Notes under the pieces: model-generated
What the model was told of the DNA's origin: nothing
Database searches by the model: none
Seen by the model: the letters and a program-made list of their open reading frames with translations, nothing else
Position numbers and translations under genes: made by a program
Shown here: positions 10,427 through 19,299 of the stretch, piece by piece
Layout of the letters: each line of letters begins with the position of its first letter
How positions within the stretch are numbered: the stretch's first letter is position 1
NCBI GenBank assembly: GCA_021731495.1
Contig: JAKFXG010000024.1
Location: forward strand, 1-45,346
Reading direction: 5' to 3'
Source: Candidatus Parcubacteria bacterium
GTDB taxonomy: Bacteria; Patescibacteriota; Minisyncoccia; Phycocordibacterales; Phycocordibacteraceae
Length of the DNA stretch: 45,346 nucleotides

Positions 10427-10921
10427 TTAAGTGTGAGAGAGGGCTTGAGTGAGTCTGACGAACCTCGAGACATCGTATCCGATGTCCATCGGCCCGATGT
10501 TCACACAACCGCAAAAGGCGCCCACGCTGACGAACGTGCTGCCGCTTACTTCGATGGCTTTTACCATGTTGCGGACGAGGCTTACGTCGGTAAGGGCGGT
10601 GACTACCACCAATACTCTTTTGTTGGTGAGGACTATATCTCCTTTTTTAATATCGAAGTCACCGCTGTCAATATCGATTTCTCCGTATAGACTGACGACT
10701 TTTCTTTTTGTGATTGTGGTCAGATGACGCGCCGTCAAACGCGAGAGTATTGCATCGTCGGGCGCTGCGCCAATAATGACTTCAATATCTGCGTCTTTGA
10801 ATCGGTCGGCAAGTAAGTTGCAGAGTTTTTCTTTTTCGTCTCGATTCAGAAAAATCCCGTTCGGATCAACCAGGGCTGGTCCGCCACGAACTAGAAGTCC
10901 TAAAGCTTGTTGCTCACTCAT
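10427..10921 (-). CDS. degenerate type I phosphoribosyltransferase (OPRT-like paralog)
   Basis: DIEVIIGAA...ILSRLTARHL and KRVLVVVTALT resemble the PRT fold but lack the acidic PRPP-loop residues; SD AGGAGG upstream. Confidence 0.65.
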   Translation of the reverse strand: MSEQQALGLLVRGGPALVDPNGIFLNRDEKEKLCNLLADRFKDADIEVIIGAAPDDAILSRLTARHLTTITKRKVVSLYGEIDIDSGDFDIKKGDIVLTNKRVLVVVTALTDVSLVRNMVKAIEVSGSTFVSVGAFCGCVNIGPMDIGYDVSRFVRLTQALSHT

Positions 10922-11030
10922 AACTATCCTCCTTTTGCTTAGGAACTTGTAATCACGTCCAGGCGGTTTACCCCGGCTAATTACAAGAACGATAGTAGCA
11001 GAAATGTCAATGGAAGGCAAATAAATGAAA

Positions 11031-11059
11031 GGGGCCGCGTCTATTCGGCGCGGCCCCTC
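11031..11059 (-). terminator. terminator after pyrE
   Basis: GGGGCCGCG-TCTATTCGG-CGCGGCCCC; TTTCATTT follows on the minus strand. Confidence 0.7.
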
Positions 11060-11075
11060 GTGTCTTTATGGTGAG

Positions 11076-11741
11076 CTACTGGGTATCAACTCCGTACCGG
11101 TTACGGTATTCGATGATTTCCTCGCGAGATGTCCTTTCCAGGAGTGTCGGTGTCACCTCTTTCCCTAGGACAGTAATGAGATCATCAAGCGTTGCAGCAG
11201 CGTAAACGGGAATTGCGAATTTCTTCTCGAATTCTTGAACCGCTGACAGCGCACTTTCCTTGCCACGCTCCTGCCGATCGAAGGCGATTACGCAGCCGAT
11301 TGGGATTCCGCCATGTGCACGGATTATTTCGACGGCCTCGCCGGACGACTCCCCTGTCGTCATAGCGTCGTCAGTGATAAGAACCTTTTTCCCGGTGATT
11401 AGCGCGCCGACAATACTGCCGCCCTCGCCATGGTCTTTTTCCTCCTTGCGATTGTAGGCATACCCGATGTCACCCCCCATCACTTGCGCGACAGCTGTTG
11501 CAATGGAGATGCCTTTGTACGCGGGACCGAAGAGAACTTCCGGATGGATGTCTCGGTCAATGATCGTTGCATAGTAGGCTCTGGCGAGACGAGCTATTGA
11601 GTCGCCCGTGCAGAAGAGTCCGGAGTTGAAGAAGTGGGGCGAAATTCGTCCACTCTTCAGCTTGCGCCCTTCTGGCACGAGCTCCATTGCTCCAATTCCG
11701 AGCGAGTACTTGATGAACTTTTGGGCGGAAGAAGTCGGCAT
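11076..11741 (-). CDS. pyrE: orotate phosphoribosyltransferase
   Basis: LKSGRISPHFFN, FGPAYKGI, NRKEEKDHGEGG, VLITDDAMTTG. Confidence 0.96.
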   Translation of the reverse strand: MPTSSAQKFIKYSLGIGAMELVPEGRKLKSGRISPHFFNSGLFCTGDSIARLARAYYATIIDRDIHPEVLFGPAYKGISIATAVAQVMGGDIGYAYNRKEEKDHGEGGSIVGALITGKKVLITDDAMTTGESSGEAVEIIRAHGGIPIGCVIAFDRQERGKESALSAVQEFEKKFAIPVYAAATLDDLITVLGKEVTPTLLERTSREEIIEYRNRYGVDTQ

Positions 11742-11768
11742 GATATTTCCTTTCCGTGATTTGCGAGA

Positions 11769-12509
11769 CTAAAGAACTCCAGAGATTTCGGCGACGAACT
11801 TATTCGCCGCCATAGCCGGGTCTGGATCGGCCGTGATGGGCCGTCCAATCACCAGGTAATCAGCACCTGCTCGAATTGCTTCAGCGGCAGCCATCGTCCG
11901 ATTTTGGTCGTCCGGCTTACTGTTCACAGAACGTATTCCCGGTGTGACTTTGAGTAATCCTCTGAGTTCTCTTCGTTTACCGAGGAGCTCGAGCTCTTGT
12001 GGCGAACAAACGATGCCGTCACATCCGGCGAGTTTCGCTTCGCGTGCGAATTGGAGGACTTTTGCTTTAGTCGGCCCACCGAAGCTCAGATTAGCGTCGT
12101 TCTCCTCGCGCGATGTCAGCACAGTAACTGCGAGCACAAGCGACCGGCCTTTATTCTCGACGGCTGCCATCATTGCGTCGATACCGGCCGAAGCGTGCAC
12201 GTTGAACATTTTGACGCCCATTCTAGCAACCGCTTTCGAGGCGCCGGCGACCGTGTTGGGGATGTCGTCGAATTTTCCGTCGTAGAAGACTTTGCCGTTA
12301 AGCAAGTGAAAGAGTTCACGGATCTCCTCAAAAATAATGGATGCTTCCGTTCCGCTTTGGGCCGAAGTCAATTGGGCCAACATCGTGGTAGTGAACTCCA
12401 GTCCGACCTTAAATCCACCGACGTATGGAGCAAGCAGCTTCACGAGGTAAAGCGCTCTCGTAGCCGAGTTAACGTCGAGCGCGACGATAATCCTATCTTT
12501 CGCTTCCAT
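11769..12509 (-). CDS. pyrF: orotidine-5'-phosphate decarboxylase
   Basis: IIVALD, FKVG, DGKFDDIPNT, VTVLTS, TPGIR, DDQNR, VIGRPIT; SD GGAGG upstream. Confidence 0.96.
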   Translation of the reverse strand: MEAKDRIIVALDVNSATRALYLVKLLAPYVGGFKVGLEFTTTMLAQLTSAQSGTEASIIFEEIRELFHLLNGKVFYDGKFDDIPNTVAGASKAVARMGVKMFNVHASAGIDAMMAAVENKGRSLVLAVTVLTSREENDANLSFGGPTKAKVLQFAREAKLAGCDGIVCSPQELELLGKRRELRGLLKVTPGIRSVNSKPDDQNRTMAAAEAIRAGADYLVIGRPITADPDPAMAANKFVAEISGVL

Positions 12510-12629
12510 CTGTAACCTCCCATGAATTGAGAACACGTAACTACTTCTGGACAATCCAGCTAATTACTTGGGACTACACTACGTAAAAGCGGGTATAAAG
12601 TCAAAGCTGGAATATATTATAATTTGGTT

Positions 12630-13082
12630 ATGGAGTACAAGAAAGTACGGAAAATGTCTGGATTAGAAGCTGCATATTTAGCTGGATTGATTGATGGCGA
12701 AGGAACGGTGACTTTGACGAAGAGAGAAAAGAACGCACAGCGGGCCATCACGATTACAATCGCAAATACCGAACGTGAACTCTTAGAGTATCCCATGCGC
12801 GTTATCAGTGCGGGCATTATTTCTTCCAAGCGAACGCAAAAAATACACCACACGCCTTCGTTCGTATATCGGATAACTGGACGACAAGCGCTTTCCGTTC
12901 TACAACAAATTGTTCCCTACTTACATTCTTATAAGAAACAGCGTGCCAAATTCGTTTTGGCTGAATATATCAACATTACGCCACGCAATGGACGATACAA
13001 TCAAGATTTGTTGGAGAGGAAGAAGATCTTCGACGAGAGATTTTTCCAGATAACTGCAAAACAAACAACACCCTCGAAATGA
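12630..13082 (+). CDS. free-standing single-motif LAGLIDADG endonuclease
   Basis: AAYLAGLIDGEGT, ITIANT, PYLHSYKKQRA; TATAAT 6 nt upstream of ATG 12630. Confidence 0.88.
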   Translation: MEYKKVRKMSGLEAAYLAGLIDGEGTVTLTKREKNAQRAITITIANTERELLEYPMRVISAGIISSKRTQKIHHTPSFVYRITGRQALSVLQQIVPYLHSYKKQRAKFVLAEYINITPRNGRYNQDLLERKKIFDERFFQITAKQTTPSK

Positions 13083-13096
13083 AGGTGTTGTTTGTT
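13060..13096. terminator. 13-bp hairpin, probable native tmRNA terminator at the empty att site
   Basis: AACAAACAACACC-11 nt-GGTGTTGTTTGTT, T-rich end on both strands, 5 nt from the outer att core. Confidence 0.75.
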
Positions 13097-13273
13097 AATG
13101 ATGTGGAGACTGATGAATGACGTTAGAACCGCTGTGCGCGATTGCGAAAATAGGCAGTATATACAATCTCTTAAAGAATTTAGTAGCACATGTGAATCGC
13201 GGGTCGTCTAGGGTAGATTGCGGGAATACGTTAGAACCTTTCACTTCCTAGTGTAGAAGAGTATGCTGATCTC

Positions 13274-14170
13274 ATGACGGATGATGAAAACATCAAGGCG
13301 GTGATAACGGCAGAAGATTTCAAAAAAAGATTCAATCTTAAAAACATTGGTTTTCCAGAACCAACCGTTTTTTCTAATGCAGTCGGTATTTCAGTAAAGA
13401 AGGTCTACCCAGATGAACATGCTTCGATGTATGGCGTTGAGATATCTAGGAGGAGGCCACAAACAACACCTTTGTTAAGCCTAGATGCTCATGTTGTCTA
13501 TGGAAAAGACACAAAAGATGGCGTGACGTTGATGATGGACAAGAAACTATCCGAGCCGATAGATTTGGATTTCACAGATGAATTTTCCTTCGATACCAGT
13601 ACAGGCAAGTTTTACCATCGAGGACGACAAATTGAGCCGGAAGAAATCTTCTCAATAATGGATACAGCTCACAAAAAGCCAACAAAGTTAACCGCGGGTT
13701 TACTATTAAGGATAAGGCTGTGGATATGGAGAATATTAATCCCACATACAATAAAGTACCTAGACCTCTTTTTAATAAAAGCACTCTGGATTATTTCCGG
13801 AGAAAAAATCAAGGGAAACATTTGGAGGCGAGTAGTTAATATCTACTCCAGCATAAAGTCCCAGATAGAAGAAGATCAAGATTTTGTGAAATCAAAACCA
13901 ATGGATTTTTTTGGGTATGAGGCAAAAAGATGGTCCGTTGTATTTTACTGCTCTCTTCATTTGGCTATATTCTCTTTCTTTTACTGGAAAGGCATCAAGT
14001 ATACTTTCGTAACTCAGATTCTAGATAACAACTTTCTTGCGCTGTGTTACGTCGTAGTTTCGTTTGCATTTACCGAGTCATGGCTTCCCAGACGTATTAA
14101 ATCGATCATAAACGAAATTACGCCGCGGGTTTTCAGCAATATCTCCAATAGGAAAATTTCCGTAAGTTAA
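13274..14170 (+). CDS. hypothetical membrane protein
   Basis: 298 aa, soluble N-half, hydrophobic segments in C-half; TATGCT 6 nt upstream; AT-rich. Confidence 0.75.
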   Translation: MTDDENIKAVITAEDFKKRFNLKNIGFPEPTVFSNAVGISVKKVYPDEHASMYGVEISRRRPQTTPLLSLDAHVVYGKDTKDGVTLMMDKKLSEPIDLDFTDEFSFDTSTGKFYHRGRQIEPEEIFSIMDTAHKKPTKLTAGLLLRIRLWIWRILIPHTIKYLDLFLIKALWIISGEKIKGNIWRRVVNIYSSIKSQIEEDQDFVKSKPMDFFGYEAKRWSVVFYCSLHLAIFSFFYWKGIKYTFVTQILDNNFLALCYVVVSFAFTESWLPRRIKSIINEITPRVFSNISNRKISVS

Positions 14171-14248
14171 TTACGGACCCAGTAGAACCTCCAATCCGTT
14201 AAGACGCGCAAAACGGAACATGGAAGAACGTGAATAATATATACCGAT

Positions 14249-14362
14249 GTGGACATCTCGGCAGAAAGTTGGAACTCAATTCAGGACTTCGTGTTCGGTT
14301 GGTACGAAGCGCTACATGGCGCAGGGATGGTGCCCAACGGCGCAAAATTGGCTCACGTTTAG
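14249..14362 (+). other. inner att junction encoding a detached recombinase C-terminus
   Basis: GTGGA-N5-CGG matches 23274 GTGGA-N5-CGG in codon phase; open for 37 codons, VDISAESWNSIQDFVFGWYEALHGAGMVPNGAKLAHV*. Confidence 0.7.
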
Positions 14363-14399
14363 CGTCCTGGAGTCACATGGTGGTAATTGAGTATATGGG

Positions 14400-14951
14400 C
14401 TAAAGGGGTTGAATTGAGGCAAGACACTCGTCGAATTGTTCGGCTGTGAGAACAAGCGCATTATCCGTTCGAAAGGTATTCTTTCCTACTCCTGCGAGAT
14501 AGCGAAGATATACACGCTGTCGAAGAAATGCGTTAAAGGCTTTCTCCGATCGGGCTACGAGTACTCCGATCCTGCCAAGGGCAGATGCATTTACCAGATC
14601 CCCAAGACAATGTTTTTTGCTGCCGCTATCTTCGACCTCGATGCAAAGGAGGCAACGTGCGTTTTCGTTGAAATACATTATTCGATCAAGTGACGTGCGA
14701 TCCTCGGCGTCCTCAACATTTCGATTGTGTCTTTCAATCAGCATCTCAATAAATTCGCGTGTTTCTTCGAGAAGTTCTGTGTACCGTGGCCCGTATCTAC
14801 CTTCGATAGCGAAGGGACCTACGGCTATATCCACCACAGGGGCATAGATTTGTCGTCCCTGCCCTCGGAATGGATACCATTGGACTTCGACATCTTCGTA
14901 TATTCGGTCGAGGAGAGTCTTCGCAGCATTTTCGTACTCGCGTTCCGTCAT
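14400..14951 (-). CDS. PD-(D/E)xK restriction-endonuclease-like protein
   Basis: EVEVQW...VVDIAVGP...CIEVEDSGSKKH pattern. Confidence 0.6.
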   Translation of the reverse strand: MTEREYENAAKTLLDRIYEDVEVQWYPFRGQGRQIYAPVVDIAVGPFAIEGRYGPRYTELLEETREFIEMLIERHNRNVEDAEDRTSLDRIMYFNENARCLLCIEVEDSGSKKHCLGDLVNASALGRIGVLVARSEKAFNAFLRQRVYLRYLAGVGKNTFRTDNALVLTAEQFDECLASIQPL

Positions 14952-15030
14952 ACAAGAATATTCTCACATCAACACTCTTCTTGCTACGGCAAAACTCGAC
15001 CGCGCAAATGCGATACAATGGCAGTATATT

Positions 15031-15891
15031 ATGAATGCGGTAACACAAGGTGCGTTTCTCCTAAGGATCAAGACGCTAACGGGAATCGCTTTCCAGGACT
15101 TTCTTAACGAGTTGTATACGGCGGCCTACGGATCATCCTTTGTATCTATCAAGCAAAAGAGGGATAAGGGATGTGACGGAATACTGAATGGTAATACGAT
15201 ACTCGCGGCGTACGCTCCTGAAAAATACGAGCTACGAACCTTCAAGAAAAAATATGGTGAGGACTTTGATTCTTATAAGCAGAACTGGTCTTCGACGCAC
15301 TCAAATTGGCAGGTGGTCTACAATGGTGAGCTACAAGCGAATGGAGCCCAGTATCTAACCGAACTCAAAGCCGACGTACAGATTATTCAGAGAGGCCAGA
15401 TTGTTGCTATAGTTGCATCTCTTCCTTGGGAGAAGAAGCGCTCGCTCGCGGCATATTTGAAAGTGGACGACCAGTTCCTAATCAACGATGCGTTGGAAGA
15501 AATAATCGACGACCTCTCTAAAGAGGTTGCTCCCTCTTCAATCGTGTACGCGAAGCCACTCTATATGCCGGATAAGGTTGCTCTGAATTTCACTCGTATC
15601 GAGGCAGATACAATTTTGGCAGAATACGAATCGTACATGGAGTATTTCATCTCGTTAAAGGGGTTGCTGACTGCCGATGGCGAGAGAGTGGGAAATCTCA
15701 AGTCCAAAATCTGCAGAGATTACGTGGGGCACAGCGGGTCTTGCAACGAAAGACTCACTGCTATGACAGAAGAATACGCTGGAAAGAAGGTCGGGGATGA
15801 CTGGTATCAGAAAATGATTCGAGTTGTACTGGTATACTTTTTCGAGCAATGTCTGATTGGAGAAAAAACACCACACGAATCCCATGCTTGA
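15031..15891 (+). CDS. lmuA: Lamassu/ABC-three-component effector (nuclease-like N-domain plus CTD)
   Basis: FQDF...DKGCDG...AYAPE N-terminus, C-terminal YFFEQCLIGEK typical of ABC-3C CTDs; first of three overlapping genes. Confidence 0.75.
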   Translation: MNAVTQGAFLLRIKTLTGIAFQDFLNELYTAAYGSSFVSIKQKRDKGCDGILNGNTILAAYAPEKYELRTFKKKYGEDFDSYKQNWSSTHSNWQVVYNGELQANGAQYLTELKADVQIIQRGQIVAIVASLPWEKKRSLAAYLKVDDQFLINDALEEIIDDLSKEVAPSSIVYAKPLYMPDKVALNFTRIEADTILAEYESYMEYFISLKGLLTADGERVGNLKSKICRDYVGHSGSCNERLTAMTEEYAGKKVGDDWYQKMIRVVLVYFFEQCLIGEKTPHESHA

Positions 15892-16114
15892 TTTACACCC
15901 AGAAAGCGATTTAACTCTCAGTCCTGTTGTCCTTGGGAGTGCCATAGCAACTTCACTCAGTCCAAGTAAGTATGAGTTCATCGACTCTGTCATGAAAGAG
16001 TTTCTTAGTGCTGACCCTCGACGCAGTACAGAGCAATTCATGGATTCGTTAACCATGCTCTATGCACTCGGGCTCGTAGAGTACTTCGGGCACCGAATAA
16101 AGCTTCCAAAATGA
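15884..16114 (+). CDS. lmuC: Lamassu/ABC-3C middle component
   Basis: 76 aa, wHTH-like ...SLTMLYALGLVEY; overlaps both neighbours. Confidence 0.75.
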   Translation: MLDLHPESDLTLSPVVLGSAIATSLSPSKYEFIDSVMKEFLSADPRRSTEQFMDSLTMLYALGLVEYFGHRIKLPK

Positions 16115-17883
16115 TATTTCTTAGAAAACTTTATTCCGAATCTAAACTTTTTGAACCTGTCGAATTTAAGAATGGCATTAATGTGGTTCTTGGACGTTAC
16201 TCTTCAGGGAGTGATAGCAAAGAAATTAACGGTATTGGTAAATCAACTTTCGTAAGACTCATCGACTACTGCCTTGCGTCAGAGGGGTCAAAAAGATATT
16301 TCGATGTCAAAAAGAAAACCTTTTTGAAGGGCCATAGCTGCACACTGGTGGTTGAGATTAATGGTACAGATTATTTAATTCAGCGTTTTTTTGACAAGGC
16401 ATCCATCACTTTTGCTGAGATTGGAGGTGCTGTCGATCCCGTGGAATATACGGATAAAGAATTTCGGAATGTCTTGGGCGCGAAATTCTTTGCACAAGAT
16501 CCTTATGGTGGGGTAATAGAAAGCAACTGGTACCGAACCCTCCTCAACTTTTTTATTAAGGACGACGTCGATCGTCACGAAAGAAACGATCCTCTAAATT
16601 TTCTTAATCCATCGATCCGCAACTCATTATTGCTGGTGTATAATTTTTTCCTTTTGAATCTTCCAAATGGAAATATCTACGATTTCGATAAACATTCCGA
16701 AAAGGCGAGGGATCTTCGTGAGACTAAAACCAGCATTGAGAAACAATCGGTAGAGTTGTCTGGAAAGCGATTAGAGGATCTTGAATCGGAACGCTCTCAG
16801 ATCGAGAAGAAAATAAAACTGATCGAGAAGAGCCTGAAGGAATTCCAATTCATCGATAACTATAAAGACATACAAAACAAACTTGTGGAGCTTTCGGTGG
16901 CAATCTCTACGAACCTGCAAGAATCGAGTTCGCTTAGGAGGCGATTGCAGGCTATAGAAAGTAGTTACGCAATCGATATTTCCGTTGATATTGAGAAGGT
17001 TAAAAGCATCTACGAGTCCCTCAAACAGGGGCTCGGTGAGGCAATTGTACGCCCGGTCAAAGACGTCATTACTTTCAGGAAGGAAATAGCGGAAAATCGG
17101 AGGACTTTCCTGACCACTAAGGAAAGAGAAATCAAAGACGCGATAGGAGTGGTGAATAAGAAAATCATTGAGCTTGAAAGCCGACGAATAACACTCTATA
17201 AAACCTTGGATGAAAAAGAGGCGATGGACAGCATCCGGAACTCATACGAAGAGCTTATAGAGTATCGCTCCCAACTACAGCAGAATCTTGCTGTTACAGG
17301 CAAAATTGCTCAGCTGAATGAGGCGATCGCAGATCTCGATTTACAGATTTCTGGTGACGTCAAAAACCTTGTTGCCCAGCAATTAGTATTCGCCGATAAG
17401 GTAGAAGAGCTTCAGGGGATCTTTACGGACTTCGTTCACACAGTCGTTGGGCAAAGCCAGTCGATCGGATCTGCGTACTTCGATATTAAGACTCGTCCGG
17501 ATAAAAGATCACCTGTGCAGGTGACTATCGAGGTTCCAAAAAGTGCGTCTTTGGGCAAATCACGTTTCAAGATACTGGCTTACGACCTAACTGTTTTCTT
17601 TAACCTTATAGACGATCAGCGAGCCCTACCGCATTTCTTGCTCCACGACGGAGCTTTCCATGGAATCGATATAAAAACGACTATAAACGTTTTGAACTAC
17701 ATTGCTAAACGATCCGAAGGTAGAAGGTTCCAATATATATTCACCGCTAATGAGCATGAAATCGACTCCTCAAGTCATGAGGGGTCTTATGGGCAACTCA
17801 GTTTCAATCTCAAAGATGCGACAATTCTTGTCTTGGAGGATAAGCCCGAGAAGATGTTTCTAAAACGGGAATTTCAATCTTAG
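16111..17883 (+). CDS. lmuB: SMC/Rad50-like ATPase (DUF2326-type)
   Basis: Walker A NGIGKST followed by IDYCL, long coiled coil, SLGK signature, Walker B FLLHDG, FQYIFT. Confidence 0.85.
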   Translation: MIFLRKLYSESKLFEPVEFKNGINVVLGRYSSGSDSKEINGIGKSTFVRLIDYCLASEGSKRYFDVKKKTFLKGHSCTLVVEINGTDYLIQRFFDKASITFAEIGGAVDPVEYTDKEFRNVLGAKFFAQDPYGGVIESNWYRTLLNFFIKDDVDRHERNDPLNFLNPSIRNSLLLVYNFFLLNLPNGNIYDFDKHSEKARDLRETKTSIEKQSVELSGKRLEDLESERSQIEKKIKLIEKSLKEFQFIDNYKDIQNKLVELSVAISTNLQESSSLRRRLQAIESSYAIDISVDIEKVKSIYESLKQGLGEAIVRPVKDVITFRKEIAENRRTFLTTKEREIKDAIGVVNKKIIELESRRITLYKTLDEKEAMDSIRNSYEELIEYRSQLQQNLAVTGKIAQLNEAIADLDLQISGDVKNLVAQQLVFADKVEELQGIFTDFVHTVVGQSQSIGSAYFDIKTRPDKRSPVQVTIEVPKSASLGKSRFKILAYDLTVFFNLIDDQRALPHFLLHDGAFHGIDIKTTINVLNYIAKRSEGRRFQYIFTANEHEIDSSSHEGSYGQLSFNLKDATILVLEDKPEKMFLKREFQS

Positions 17884-17891
17884 AGTAGTGA

Positions 17892-19193
17892 TTATCGCCA
17901 CCATCCGAAGAAGAAAGACTTTAGTTTTTCAAACAGACTCTGTTTCTGAAGAGGCGTAGATTGTGTAGATGGGGCTTGGTTTAGTAGATTACTCGTTGCG
18001 ACCCTAAAAGAAGTCGATGCAATAGGGTCTTCGACATTAGGAACTCTCTTTGACTGTCCTAAGTCATTCGCTCTGGTTGCTTGCATTGCGCCAGAATTAC
18101 CTGCAATTGGCACTACATCGGGCGCCACGCCGTACTTTGCCTGATATTCTGCCCGAGTCATCTTTACTGGTACAGATACACCTCCATTTTTTGCCGCCAA
18201 AGAAGCGTAGTCAGGTGCAGTAGTCTGAATACATTTTGCGGTACTTGTATCCCACTGGTAACCAGTTTCGCATCCGCAGATGACACTTTTATTCACTGAA
18301 TCTACATATGCATCGACCCTATTAGTAGCGCCGATTCCGCTTTCAACTTTGCACCAAACGTTTAGTGGAATGCATTGATATGGGCTATTAGCATCGGGAC
18401 CAAAACCAGTGACACACTCACACCGATTAATTTCGCTATTATAGTAGCCAAACTGACCGTGATCTGTTTTGCAAGACATTGCAGATGCAAGCAAGGATTT
18501 GTAGTAGGCACTCTCCTTTTCTAATCGAGCAAGTTCAACAGCTTTATCGCCAATACTATCCAACGCCTGATTCTGTGTGCTGCTCATGCACTGGTTGTAT
18601 TGGTTTAGCTTCTGTTGGTATGTGTCGATGTCAGATCGGCATTGGCTCAAACGATTATTGCTCACGTCAGTAGCGAGCAATCCGGTAGCTCCATCTGATG
18701 CTCTCATGCTTGAGTACTGGCTTTCTGATGTGCACCCCGAGCTCGAAGGGTAAATGCATTGTACAAAGATTCCCGTCGAATTTTGACGTTGCAATTGGTA
18801 TAACCTCTCATCTATAGTTTTCCGTTCTTGTTCCAGTTTATTTTGAAAATCCTCTTGGGCCTTGAGAAGTTTTTTGGAAGGGTCTGGTAAGGGGACTGTT
18901 TTTAAGCCTCCCGAATTAAGAAGCTTGTAGAGATTCGTGTCACCACTACTTTTAATGCCGTAGTAATTTGAAAGGTATGTGTCGGGATTACCAGAAGTGA
19001 TTTGACCAGTATTGGGATTTAAATTGCCAGGGAAACCGTAGTTGTTGTAGGGATTGCTATCGACGTCGGTTCGGTAGTAAGAACCTACAAATGTGTCTCC
19101 TCGGTAGTACGGACTCACGAGAGTCGCTGCGTGTGAGAATGAAGGGAACCCGACCAGCAAGAAGAGAGCCGCAAATACCAATTTCTTTTCCAT
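17892..19193 (-). CDS. secreted cysteine-rich protein
   Basis: signal peptide MEKKLVFAALFLLVG..SHA, YYRGDTFVGSYYRT..NNY domain, coiled coils, EGF-like CxC..G..C repeats, S/T/P tail, aromatic C-terminus. Confidence 0.8.
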   Translation of the reverse strand: MEKKLVFAALFLLVGFPSFSHAATLVSPYYRGDTFVGSYYRTDVDSNPYNNYGFPGNLNPNTGQITSGNPDTYLSNYYGIKSSGDTNLYKLLNSGGLKTVPLPDPSKKLLKAQEDFQNKLEQERKTIDERLYQLQRQNSTGIFVQCIYPSSSGCTSESQYSSMRASDGATGLLATDVSNNRLSQCRSDIDTYQQKLNQYNQCMSSTQNQALDSIGDKAVELARLEKESAYYKSLLASAMSCKTDHGQFGYYNSEINRCECVTGFGPDANSPYQCIPLNVWCKVESGIGATNRVDAYVDSVNKSVICGCETGYQWDTSTAKCIQTTAPDYASLAAKNGGVSVPVKMTRAEYQAKYGVAPDVVPIAGNSGAMQATRANDLGQSKRVPNVEDPIASTSFRVATSNLLNQAPSTQSTPLQKQSLFEKLKSFFFGWWR

Positions 19194-19220
19194 ACATCCT
19201 ATGTTTTTGGTTGGTAACGC

Positions 19221-19299
19221 AAAACCCGCCACCACGAACCCTTGCGGGTCTACCAAGGTTTCCCTTGGCAACATAGGACATGCCGTGATGACGGGTTTT
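19221..19299 (-). ncRNA. C4-like cloverleaf antisense RNA
   Basis: 79 nt; 16-bp closing stem AAAACCCGTCATCACG/CGTGGTGGCGGGTTTT; three hairpins (GAAA and GCAA loops); complementary targets up- and downstream. Confidence 0.72.

Noticed and set aside
12510-12620. PyrR-type attenuator upstream of pyrF
   Set aside because: No terminator/antiterminator or convincing PyrR-binding loop visible
12510-13270. Group I intron around the LAGLIDADG gene
   Set aside because: No interrupted host gene or recognisable intron core; the gene has its own -10 and terminator
14175-14190. TAGAACC as a fourth att arm
   Set aside because: Only 7-8 nt match and the upstream sequence does not resemble the 13102/13212 arms
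19194-19274. N-terminal extension of the secreted protein ORF and the overlapping 74-aa ORF
   Set aside because: They read through the structured RNA; the signal peptide and SD fit ATG 19193
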